A DNA stretch of 64,000 nt from NCBI GenBank assembly GCA_963663545.1, contig OY760505.1, positions 1,920,001 through 1,984,000 on the forward strand. Direction: 5' to 3'. The stretch is from Candidatus Delongbacteria bacterium (GTDB lineage Bacteria > CAIWAD01). Of the stretch, positions 23,974 to 32,227 are shown one piece after another (position 1 is the first letter of the stretch; each line of letters begins with the position of its first letter). Position numbers and translations under genes: made by a program. The notes under the pieces were generated by a model, which worked only from the letters and a program-made list of their open reading frames with translations, ran no database searches and was not told the origin of the DNA.

Positions 23974-24252
23974 GCTTGCCTCGTTCTGTCGTTGTCGCTC
24001 TGTCCGAAGATGGACTGTGCATCAAGTTGGCAAACACCGGCAAAAGGAGGCAGCGATTCTTGACAGCAAGCCAGGCACTTTGACGAACATCTAAACCGTG
24101 TTACACAGGTTGCCTTGTGCAGGATGGTGCTGGTGCTAGTAAATCAATTCACGTGAATCGGTCCACCAGCGGCGTCCGTGAAGATTCGAGCGTGGATTCG
24201 GGGCAAAACAAGGAGAGGCGAAGATCCCGTTGAACTCCTGGTAGAGACAAAT

Positions 24253-24280
24253 AGGGCGGGATCAACTCCCGCCCTTTGAT
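24253..24280. repeat. 28-bp hairpin repeat, copy 1 (terminator-like)
   Basis: AGGGCGGGATCAACTCCCGCCCTTTGAT, identical to 25534-25561. Confidence 0.9.
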
Positions 24281-24313
24281 GAGTGCATTCAGATGAATCG
24301 CTTCGAAAGGTGC

Positions 24314-25450
24314 CTAGGATTCGGCCATTCGTCGTTTCAGCCAGGCGGATAAAAAGCGATCCAGCACGAAATACCCGTCTTCATTGCGGTCCACCAGATC
24401 GCGAGTGAGCAAGGCCTCGATACCCCGCTGAACCGTTGAGGGCGTGCTCAGATTCCATTGCTTGATGAACTCACTTGCGAAAGGTCGAACTGGCGCGTCT
24501 TGACTGCTGATGCCCAACAACAGACGTTGCTGGGTCATCGTCAGGGCCTCCCATTGCGCAGAAAAAGTGTCGCCTTCCCGCTCGAGGAGTCTGGTCTGCG
24601 CTTGTGATACGAGGCTTTCCGGGACTTCATTGGACGGGCACATATCCCAGACCGTGTGACACAAGTGTTGCGTGTAATACGGATGACCGCCGCTGATTCG
24701 CAGAATTTCCTCCAGCTGTGTATCACGCAGATCGATTCCGCTTGCTTCGAAGCGATGCCGGATAAAGGGTCGCCAATGCTCCTTGTCGATCACTTGCAGC
24801 GGATAGTGAATGCCCAGACGGTAGAGCGGGCGGGCTGGATCCTGGAACATTCCACGCAGCAGATGTCGCTTACTGCCCAGAAAGAACCAGGCGACCCCCC
24901 GATGTTGTTGTATGCAGCTGCGTAGTTGCCGCTCTATTTCGTCGGAATCAAAATCCAGGACGCGCTGGAACTCATCAATCACAATCACAATCCGGCGGCT
25001 CTGCTCACGCGCAATGCGGTAGATGCCTTCAATGACATCCTGCAGAGTGCGCGCACTGTCATTGTCCGTTGTGAGGTGAAATTGCAGCTGTGTTTGTCCG
25101 GCAGCGTCGACTGTCAGCGAAGGAATGAGCCTGCTGAAAGCATTGCGCAGGCTTTCCAGCAAATGCTCCAGGTTCATATTCAACCTTCGACCAACGGCGC
25201 GCGCCAGCGCCAAGGTGAATGAGTTCACACTGTCTGTTGTCCAAGCATCCATGTAAATCGGCAGGTAGCTGGTGGAATCCAGCTCGCTGGTTACTTGAGA
25301 CACGAGCGAGGTCTTGCCCATGCGGCGTTCGGAATGGAGGAACAGGCAGTCACCATTATCTATGGCCTGACGCAGTTCGCTGCGTTCAAGCTGCCGGTTG
25401 CAGAAATCGGCACCGCCCACGATGCCACCAAAGCGGAATGGGTTGTCCAT
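24314..25450 (-). CDS. archaeal-type/AAA ATPase with C-terminal winged helix
   Basis: NPFRFG..FCNR..E, Walker A SERRMGKTS, Walker B IVIDEFQ, SGGHPYY, terminal D.FL..W. Confidence 0.85.
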   Translation of the reverse strand: MDNPFRFGGIVGGADFCNRQLERSELRQAIDNGDCLFLHSERRMGKTSLVSQVTSELDSTSYLPIYMDAWTTDSVNSFTLALARAVGRRLNMNLEHLLESLRNAFSRLIPSLTVDAAGQTQLQFHLTTDNDSARTLQDVIEGIYRIAREQSRRIVIVIDEFQRVLDFDSDEIERQLRSCIQQHRGVAWFFLGSKRHLLRGMFQDPARPLYRLGIHYPLQVIDKEHWRPFIRHRFEASGIDLRDTQLEEILRISGGHPYYTQHLCHTVWDMCPSNEVPESLVSQAQTRLLEREGDTFSAQWEALTMTQQRLLLGISSQDAPVRPFASEFIKQWNLSTPSTVQRGIEALLTRDLVDRNEDGYFVLDRFLSAWLKRRMAES

Positions 25451-25533
25451 TTTACGCTCCTTGCGTTACGCAAAAAGCGTAATCAATAAGCACTGAAGAA
25501 TCAACAGGTTTCGCGACTAGCCATTCAATAAAA

Positions 25534-25561
25534 AGGGCGGGATCAACTCCCGCCCTTTGAT
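25534..25561. repeat. 28-bp hairpin repeat, copy 2 (terminator of the GlmL-like gene)
   Basis: Identical to 24253-24280; A-run on its left gives a U tract on the minus strand. Confidence 0.9.
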
Positions 25562-25580
25562 TCTCATGTGAAGCAATGCC

Positions 25581-27467
25581 TCAGGACTTCGTAATGTCCC
25601 AGCGCTGCAGGCGCTCGATGCGGCCAGGCGAATCTGCCGTCAGATTGAAGGGGCGTCCGCGTGTGTCGATGATCAGGCCCACTACGCCTCCGCGCACTTC
25701 GTGCCTGATCTCGCGACCGGGACCCGCGCCCAGGTCAAAACCGCGCGCCGGCTTGAACAACAACTCACAGCGGGTGCCGTCTTCCATTGGATAGAGACGC
25801 AGCTCGTCCTGGGCGATTTCCTCATCCAGCTTGGTTCCATTGGGCAAAGTGCCGCTGACGTGCAGGCAAGGCGTGCCCGGCTTTTTCAGCTTGCCCAGCG
25901 GAGCGACGCAACTGCCCAGGTGGATCATGCAATCCTTGTCGAAAACCTGGGTAGCGGCTTCTTTGTGGAAGCTGGACAGCACGCCCAGCTGCGGCATCAT
26001 GAAAATGGAGTCGACGGCCAGATCGGTAAAGCCTTCGGGCAGGAAGGCGTCGACGAGCATCCATGCCGTTTGTACACGGCGCGGGGCGTGGCTGAGCACG
26101 CCGCCCGAACCCACCAGCAGATTCAGCTCCATCATCTTGACCAGACTGCGAATGCCGCCGTCCTGATCGAAGGCGTCGGAGATGGTGCGTTCCTGCTGCA
26201 CGCCTTTCAGCTCTACGGCAAATTCCTTGTGCTGCACAAAGGAAAGCCGCAGCGCCTCGCGCGCGATGGCCTGCTCGATCTGCAGATCCTCCAGCGTCTG
26301 GGGAATCGTCGTTGGCCGGATCATCTTGTTGCCAATGCGATTGCGCAGCTCGTGGCCGTCCAGTTCAAAGGGCACCCAACGCTGAATGTTATCCAAACCG
26401 GCCTCGGCCAGCACATTGCTCACGCTGTAGCTCATGCCCAGGTTGGCCGAGACGGTGCGGTTGAACACGCCGCCGAACACGGAGAAGACGTCGGTGGTTG
26501 CGCCGCCGATGTCCACGCCCACCACATTGATCTTGTTGATCTCGGCGATGGTCTCGATGATACGACCCACGGCGCCCGGCGTGGGCATGATGGGCACTTG
26601 CACACACGCGCCGCGCTCCTCGTCGTACACACGGCAGATGGCCATCAGGCGGTCGTAGCCCGGCGCCTGTTGCATGACGTGTTCCATGAAGAGGTCGTGA
26701 ATCTTGTCGCGGGCGGGATTCAGGTTTTCGCGCTCGAGAATAGGGCGCACGTTGTCGACGATGTCGAGCGCGCTGGCTTCCTCAAGGATGTCGCGAATCT
26801 GCTGGTGCAGCTCCTCGTTGCCGGCGTAGATGATGGGCAGATTATAACCCTGGCCCAGTCGTGGACGTGGCTTGGCTGCCGCAATCAGTTCCGCCAGATC
26901 AATGGGCAACTTGCTACCGCCGTCGGTGCCGCCCGCCAGCAGAATCATGTCCGGGCGCAGACGGCGGATGCGGTCGATTTTCTCGTGGGGCAGACGGCCA
27001 TCGTTGCTGGCGATAGTATCCATGACAATGGCTCCTGCACCCAGCGCAGCGCGCGTGGCGCTTTCGCCGGTCATCGAAGCCACTACGCCAGCCACCATCA
27101 TTTGCAGACCGCCGCCAGCAGAGGAGGTGGAGATGTAAGCGTCCACACCCAGGTCGCCCTGCTGCGGTACAACAATTTCCCAACGCTCGCGGCCCTGCTC
27201 ATCGCTTGTCCTTTGCAGGAAGTGGCGCTCGGGCGTCGCTTTGCGCACGGTTCCATCGCTAAGAGTGAGATCCTGCTGGGCCAGCTCCTGTACTTCCATG
27301 ACCGCGTTGATCACGCCCATGGTGACGTCCTCGAAGGGCGCCTCGACGGTGGTGGGAGCCTCGCCGCGAATGGTCTGACGATAGCTGTCGCCGACCTTTT
27401 CTATCAGAATACACTTAGTCGTGGTGCTACCGCAATCGGTAGCCAGGATCGAGCGGATTTCCTTCAT
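25581..27467 (-). CDS. GlmL/MutL-like (glutamate mutase L family) ASKHA ATPase
   Basis: TDCGSTTTK, SSAGGGL, LLAGGTDGG, IMPTPGAV, VDIGGATTDVFS, GSGGVLSHAP. Confidence 0.85.
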   Translation of the reverse strand: MKEIRSILATDCGSTTTKCILIEKVGDSYRQTIRGEAPTTVEAPFEDVTMGVINAVMEVQELAQQDLTLSDGTVRKATPERHFLQRTSDEQGRERWEIVVPQQGDLGVDAYISTSSAGGGLQMMVAGVVASMTGESATRAALGAGAIVMDTIASNDGRLPHEKIDRIRRLRPDMILLAGGTDGGSKLPIDLAELIAAAKPRPRLGQGYNLPIIYAGNEELHQQIRDILEEASALDIVDNVRPILERENLNPARDKIHDLFMEHVMQQAPGYDRLMAICRVYDEERGACVQVPIMPTPGAVGRIIETIAEINKINVVGVDIGGATTDVFSVFGGVFNRTVSANLGMSYSVSNVLAEAGLDNIQRWVPFELDGHELRNRIGNKMIRPTTIPQTLEDLQIEQAIAREALRLSFVQHKEFAVELKGVQQERTISDAFDQDGGIRSLVKMMELNLLVGSGGVLSHAPRRVQTAWMLVDAFLPEGFTDLAVDSIFMMPQLGVLSSFHKEAATQVFDKDCMIHLGSCVAPLGKLKKPGTPCLHVSGTLPNGTKLDEEIAQDELRLYPMEDGTRCELLFKPARGFDLGAGPGREIRHEVRGGVVGLIIDTRGRPFNLTADSPGRIERLQRWDITKS

Positions 27468-27484
27468 CCTGTCTCCGGTGGTGC

Positions 27485-29146
27485 CTAAAAGGCTCGCTCC
27501 ATCAGGCGCTGGGCCTCTTTGCCCGCAGTCGCCAGCACATCATCCTTGGGCCACAGTTGCAGCTTGCGGTCCTTCACCAGAAAACTGCCGTCTACCATCG
27601 TGTGACGCAAGTCGCGAGACGAAGCGGACCAGACCAGCTGCTGTGCCGGTGTCCCCACCGGTCCCACGCCCGGTTGGTTCAAATCGAAGAAGCCGATGTC
27701 AGCGCGTTTGCCCACTTCAAGGCTTCCCAGACTCTCGTTCAAACCCAAAGCCGTTGCAGCGTCGATGGTAACCAGCGAGAGCAGTGTTTCGGCGCTGATG
27801 GAATCGGGACCGCGATTGAGCTTCTGCAGCAGACCTGCCAGGCGCATTTCCTGCACCACATCCAGGTTGTTGTTACAAGCGGCACCGTCGGCGCCAATGC
27901 CCACGCTAATGCGACGTCCCAGCAAATCCACCACCGGCGCAATACCGCTGCCTAGCTTCATATTGGCGCTGGGGCAGTGTACGATCACGTTGTGCGGATT
28001 GCTACTCAGCAGCACCTTCTCTTGCTCACTCAGAAAGACGCCGTGCGCACCGATGAACTTTTCCTCGAGGTAGCCCAGATCCTGATACAAGAGCGCCGGG
28101 TTACGGCCAAAGGCCTCGCGCGTCAGTTGTACCTCGTCTCGCGTTTCGGCGATGTGCGTGTGGATCCAGCTTCCGGTTTCGGCAGCCAGGCGCTTGACTT
28201 CGCGCAGCAGGTCCGGGCTGCAGCTGGGTGCGAATCGCGGATTGAGGGTGATCTGCAGGCGGCCCTTGCCGTTCCATTCCGCATGGAGCTTCTGCCAAGT
28301 GTCGATCATCTTCGATGTTTTAGGACGCATGCTCTTGGGAACGCCCCGGCCCCCGTCCATCAGTGCGGGGCCGCTGAAGGCGCGCAATCCTGAGTCGACG
28401 ATGGTCTCGAAGATGTGCTCACTGCCGTCCACGGTTTCCATGGTGCAGCAGGTTGTGGTTCCCGAAAGCAGCAGCTCGGCAATTGCCAAACGGGCGCTGG
28501 CCACCAGCGAGGCGCGATTGTGTGCGGCTTCAAGCGGCCAGATGCGCGTACGCAGCCAATCGAAAAGGGTCATGTCCTCGGCCATGTGGCGGAAGATCGT
28601 CTGACACAAATGCACGTGCAGCTGAATGAAGCCGGGAAAAAGAGTCAGCCCGGTGGCATCAAAGACCTTTTCACCGGCGCGCGGGCGCAGTTTGCCAAGG
28701 GCTTGAATCTCGCCGTCCGCCACACGCACGTCGGCGCGAAGAATCTCGCGCACCTGGTTCATGGTAACCAGGGTTCCGCCGCGAATCAGCAGCGACTCGG
28801 ATTTCTTGCCGCGTGTTGCCGTAACTGTCACGTTGGACGTGGGCACAGCCGTGGCCTTGGTGGTAGCCCTGGCTTTGACGCTTGCTTTCGCAGTTGCGCC
28901 TTTTGCGGACGTGGCCTTTCTAGCCGCGGGCGTCTTCGTCTTGGGGGACGGACCCTTAGCGGCAGAAGTGGCCGTTTTACGTGATTTTTCAGCAGGGTTG
29001 GCTTTTTCCGTCTTCTCGACGGTTTTCTTGCTCGATTTCTTGGCGGGAGTTCCGGCCGCCTTCTTCGCCTTGTTGGCCGTTCCCCTTTTGGTCGTTCCTT
29101 CGGCCTTCTCGGTCGTGGAGCGGCGGGATTTGGAGTTAACTGCCAT
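27485..29146 (-). CDS. metal-dependent amidohydrolase (MTA/SAH or 5'-deoxyadenosine deaminase-like) with an N-terminal Lys/Ala-rich tail
   Basis: PGFIQLHVHLCQ, HTHIAET, AHGV, HCPSANMKLGSG, GADGAACNN, GSLEVGKRAD. Confidence 0.88.
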   Translation of the reverse strand: MAVNSKSRRSTTEKAEGTTKRGTANKAKKAAGTPAKKSSKKTVEKTEKANPAEKSRKTATSAAKGPSPKTKTPAARKATSAKGATAKASVKARATTKATAVPTSNVTVTATRGKKSESLLIRGGTLVTMNQVREILRADVRVADGEIQALGKLRPRAGEKVFDATGLTLFPGFIQLHVHLCQTIFRHMAEDMTLFDWLRTRIWPLEAAHNRASLVASARLAIAELLLSGTTTCCTMETVDGSEHIFETIVDSGLRAFSGPALMDGGRGVPKSMRPKTSKMIDTWQKLHAEWNGKGRLQITLNPRFAPSCSPDLLREVKRLAAETGSWIHTHIAETRDEVQLTREAFGRNPALLYQDLGYLEEKFIGAHGVFLSEQEKVLLSSNPHNVIVHCPSANMKLGSGIAPVVDLLGRRISVGIGADGAACNNNLDVVQEMRLAGLLQKLNRGPDSISAETLLSLVTIDAATALGLNESLGSLEVGKRADIGFFDLNQPGVGPVGTPAQQLVWSASSRDLRHTMVDGSFLVKDRKLQLWPKDDVLATAGKEAQRLMERAF

Positions 29147-29492
29147 GGGCCTCGTCCAGTTGTTCAATGTAGCGGATGATATAAGGGATACTTGCTCGCT
29201 CTTCCAACATTTCCTGCACGTCGCAGTAGTCTTTGCCGTCAGCGAAAATGCGCACGATCGGCGCGAAGAACGCCATTCCCATACTCAATACGAAGTTCAA
29301 GGGTCTGGCGCCTTCCAGCAATAGTAACGCTGGTGCGCTTACTCCCCGCTTGACCACCTCGTGAGCAAAACGGCGCGCAAGTTCGCGTTCGCGCTCGCTT
29401 AACGTGGAGCCAAGACGTTGTAAAACAATGTCGCTCTCGTCCAGCGGAGCTCCTTCGTGCCCGACCTGCGCCGAGGAGTTACTCCGGCGCAT
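29136..29492 (-). CDS. conserved hypothetical protein
   Basis: Overlaps both neighbours in an operon; PALLLLEGARPLNF motif. Confidence 0.7.
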   Translation of the reverse strand: MRRSNSSAQVGHEGAPLDESDIVLQRLGSTLSERERELARRFAHEVVKRGVSAPALLLLEGARPLNFVLSMGMAFFAPIVRIFADGKDYCDVQEMLEERASIPYIIRYIEQLDEAHGS

Positions 29493-29898
29493 TCTCGCCC
29501 TGCAAATACTCCTTCACACGAAGGCGCAGTTCGTCCAGGGCGGCCAGATCAGGAGCCTGGGGGATACGACGTCGAGTGCCGTTGTTAAGCAGCAGATGCA
29601 GACCGCGTGGTCCTGCCTCAACTCCGCTAATTTCATCCCAGGACCAGCACTTCGCACCGGTCAACGGCGCTGACAAGGTGATGCCCATGCCATCTACAAC
29701 CATATTCGAAGGAAGTAGAAAGTCGCGCAATGAAAATACAAACAACGTAATCAGCGTTAGTGTCGGCCAACCATAGCCCAGCCACCAGACGGTCAAGGAG
29801 GAGCAGACCACGAGGATCAAAACCACAAGTACTGCACGCACGGGATCCCGTCGAAACGGATTGGAATCCCAGCTTAGTCGATGCTCACTCTGATGCAT
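29479..29898 (-). CDS. hypothetical membrane protein (2 TM plus PH-like domain)
   Basis: Two hydrophobic segments, then GIT....WSWDEI; operon-coupled. Confidence 0.6.
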   Translation of the reverse strand: MHQSEHRLSWDSNPFRRDPVRAVLVVLILVVCSSLTVWWLGYGWPTLTLITLFVFSLRDFLLPSNMVVDGMGITLSAPLTGAKCWSWDEISGVEAGPRGLHLLLNNGTRRRIPQAPDLAALDELRLRVKEYLQGENAPE

Positions 29899-30158
29899 GG
29901 TTTAATTACAGAAAATCCAAACATATCGCAAAATGTTTTCCTTCGTTCTTGCAATTCCCCGTTCCTTGCAGCGAAGGGAGTGTTTGTCCGCGAATGCAGG
30001 GCCTTTGAACCGCAAATGCAGCAAGGGGAAAGTGTGCGTTATGAGCCAATCGGCCACCACGTGCCGACCAAGATCGGTACCTCTGCTTTGCGGCGAGCAG
30101 AAGAACGGCTGTAACTTCTATAAATTATTAGCAAATTCACCGGAAACGGGGGACAGTT

Positions 30159-30545
30159 GTGCAGACGTTTTCGCTTCGGACGGATCGCCGGGAACAGTTC
30201 CTGCGGCTGGATGACATTCTGCAAGAGGCCATCGAAGCCGAAAAGCTGGAGAATGGGTTGTTGCTGGTGCATGTGCCCCACACGACGGCTGGCGTGACCC
30301 TCAACGAAAACGGGGATCCCGATGTGCCGCGCGACCTGCTGATGAGGCTGCGCTTCCTTGCCGAAGACAAAGGCTATCGGCACGCAGAGGGCAATTCCGA
30401 TGCGCATTTGAAAAGCAGCCTGCTGGGCTGCCAAGTACTTGTTCCTGTTCTCAATGGCCGCCCCCAGCTTGGGGTGTGGCAATCCGTATGGTTCTGCGAA
30501 TTTGACGGCCCGCGCCAGCGAAGGCTGTTGTGCAGTCGCGTGTAG
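30159..30545 (+). CDS. YjbQ/UPF0047 family protein
   Basis: HTTAGVTLNENGDPDV, HAEGNSDAHLKS, LGVWQ..EFDGPR. Confidence 0.92.
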   Translation: MQTFSLRTDRREQFLRLDDILQEAIEAEKLENGLLLVHVPHTTAGVTLNENGDPDVPRDLLMRLRFLAEDKGYRHAEGNSDAHLKSSLLGCQVLVPVLNGRPQLGVWQSVWFCEFDGPRQRRLLCSRV

Positions 30546-30553
30546 GAGGCGCT

Positions 30554-32227
30554 GTGTATAATCCCGCGAATCCGCTAATCGTGCAAAGTGACCGCACGGT
30601 TTTTCTGGAAACAGCCAACCCGCATTACGAAGATGCCCGTGATGATTTGGCGCGCTTCGCCGAGCTGGATAAAAGTCCCGAGCATCTTCATACCTATCGT
30701 ATCACGCCATTGTCGCTGTGGAATGCAGCCAGCAGCGGTATGAGCTCCGGCGAGATCATCAACCTGCTCAATCGCTACTCCAAATACGAAGTGCCCACCA
30801 ACGTCGTGGAGGATATTCGCGAGGTCGTTGGTCGCTACGGGCGTGTCAAGCTGCTGCAGTCAGATCGGGAAGGAATGCTGCTGCTCGAGAGCGCCGATGA
30901 GCTTTTGATGCTAGAGCTTTCGCGGCACAAAACCGTCGCGCCCTTGCTGGGTGAGCAACTGAGCCCAACACAGATTCTTGCACCGGCCATGCAGCGTGGC
31001 CATTTGAAGCAAGCGCTGATCAAAATCGGCTTCCCGGTCGAAGATCTCGCGGGCTACACCAAAGGGCAACCGCTGGAGATTCAGCTTCGTGAGACAACGC
31101 GGACCGGTCGTCCTTTCGAGCTTCGCCGCTATCAGCAGGACGCTGTCGGTGTTTTCTGGGCGGGTGGTGATCAACGTGGTGGCAGCGGTGTGCTTGTATT
31201 GCCCTGCGGAGCTGGCAAAACCGTTATCGGCATTGCTGCTATGCAGAAGGTGGGAATGCATACGCTGGTGCTAACGACCAACGTGACGGCACTAAGGCAG
31301 TGGCGTAGCGAAGTATTGGATAAAACAGATCTTAGCGCAGACCAGATTGCTGAGTATTCGGGCGAGACCAAAGAGATTCGCCCCGTGACCATTGCCACCT
31401 ATCAGATTCTGACCTATCGCAAAAATAAGCAAAGCCCCTTTGTGCACTTCAAGCTCTTCAACGAGCACAACTGGGGTCTCATCATTTATGACGAGGTGCA
31501 TCTGCTTCCCGCGCCGGTGTTTCGCGCGGTTGCGGAGATTCAGAGCAGGCGTCGTCTGGGGCTAACCGCCACACTGGTCCGCGAGGACAACAAAGAGGAC
31601 GATGTGTTCTCGCTCATTGGACCCAAAAAGATGGATGTGCCCTGGAAGGAGCTCGAACGCCAAGGCTGGATTGCCGAGGCGACCTGCATCGAGTATCGCT
31701 TGCCAATGGATAATGAACTGAGATTGGAATATGCGCTTGCCGAAACACGCCGCAAGTATACCGTGGCGTCGACCAATCCGCTGAAGATCGAGGTGATACT
31801 CCATTTGCTTGAAAAGCATAAGCATGACCGCGTGCTAGTGATTGGTCAGTTCATCGATCAACTCAAAGAGATCGCACATATTCTGGATGCACCGCTGATT
31901 ACGGGTAGTGTGCGCAATGCCCAACGTGAAGAGCTCTTTGCCCGTTTTCGCAGAGGTGATTTCAAGGTGCTCGTTGTGTCCAAGGTGGCCAACTTCGCCG
32001 TTGATCTGCCGGAGGCCAACGTTGCGATTCAGGTCTCGGGCACCTTTGGCAGCCGTCAAGAAGAGGCGCAACGACTGGGGCGTGTGCTGCGACCCAAATC
32101 GGGTGAGAATCAAGCATGGTTTTACACCTTGGTGACACGTGATACAATCGATCAGGAATTCGCGATGAACCGCCAGCTCTTTTTGACGGAGCAAGGGTAT
32201 CGCTATGAAATCCGGAATTACGACTGA
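30554..32227 (+). CDS. XPB/Ssl2-like DNA helicase
   Basis: NPLIVQSD, KSPEHLHTYRITPLSLWNA, LPCGAGKT, DEVH, GSRQEEAQRLGR; AGGAGG before the GTG. Confidence 0.93.
   Translation: MYNPANPLIVQSDRTVFLETANPHYEDARDDLARFAELDKSPEHLHTYRITPLSLWNAASSGMSSGEIINLLNRYSKYEVPTNVVEDIREVVGRYGRVKLLQSDREGMLLLESADELLMLELSRHKTVAPLLGEQLSPTQILAPAMQRGHLKQALIKIGFPVEDLAGYTKGQPLEIQLRETTRTGRPFELRRYQQDAVGVFWAGGDQRGGSGVLVLPCGAGKTVIGIAAMQKVGMHTLVLTTNVTALRQWRSEVLDKTDLSADQIAEYSGETKEIRPVTIATYQILTYRKNKQSPFVHFKLFNEHNWGLIIYDEVHLLPAPVFRAVAEIQSRRRLGLTATLVREDNKEDDVFSLIGPKKMDVPWKELERQGWIAEATCIEYRLPMDNELRLEYALAETRRKYTVASTNPLKIEVILHLLEKHKHDRVLVIGQFIDQLKEIAHILDAPLITGSVRNAQREELFARFRRGDFKVLVVSKVANFAVDLPEANVAIQVSGTFGSRQEEAQRLGRVLRPKSGENQAWFYTLVTRDTIDQEFAMNRQLFLTEQGYRYEIRNYD

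Noticed and set aside
24147..24158. ATTCACGTGAAT as a second parS
   Set aside because: Only the core matches; the outer TGTT/AACA arms are missing.
25581..27467. Calling a glutamate fermentation (glutamate mutase) operon or mismatch-repair MutL
   Set aside because: No mutase subunits nearby, and the motifs are ASKHA-type, not GHKL.
25701..27488. 595-aa plus-strand ORF
   Set aside because: Exact antisense shadow of the GlmL-like gene.
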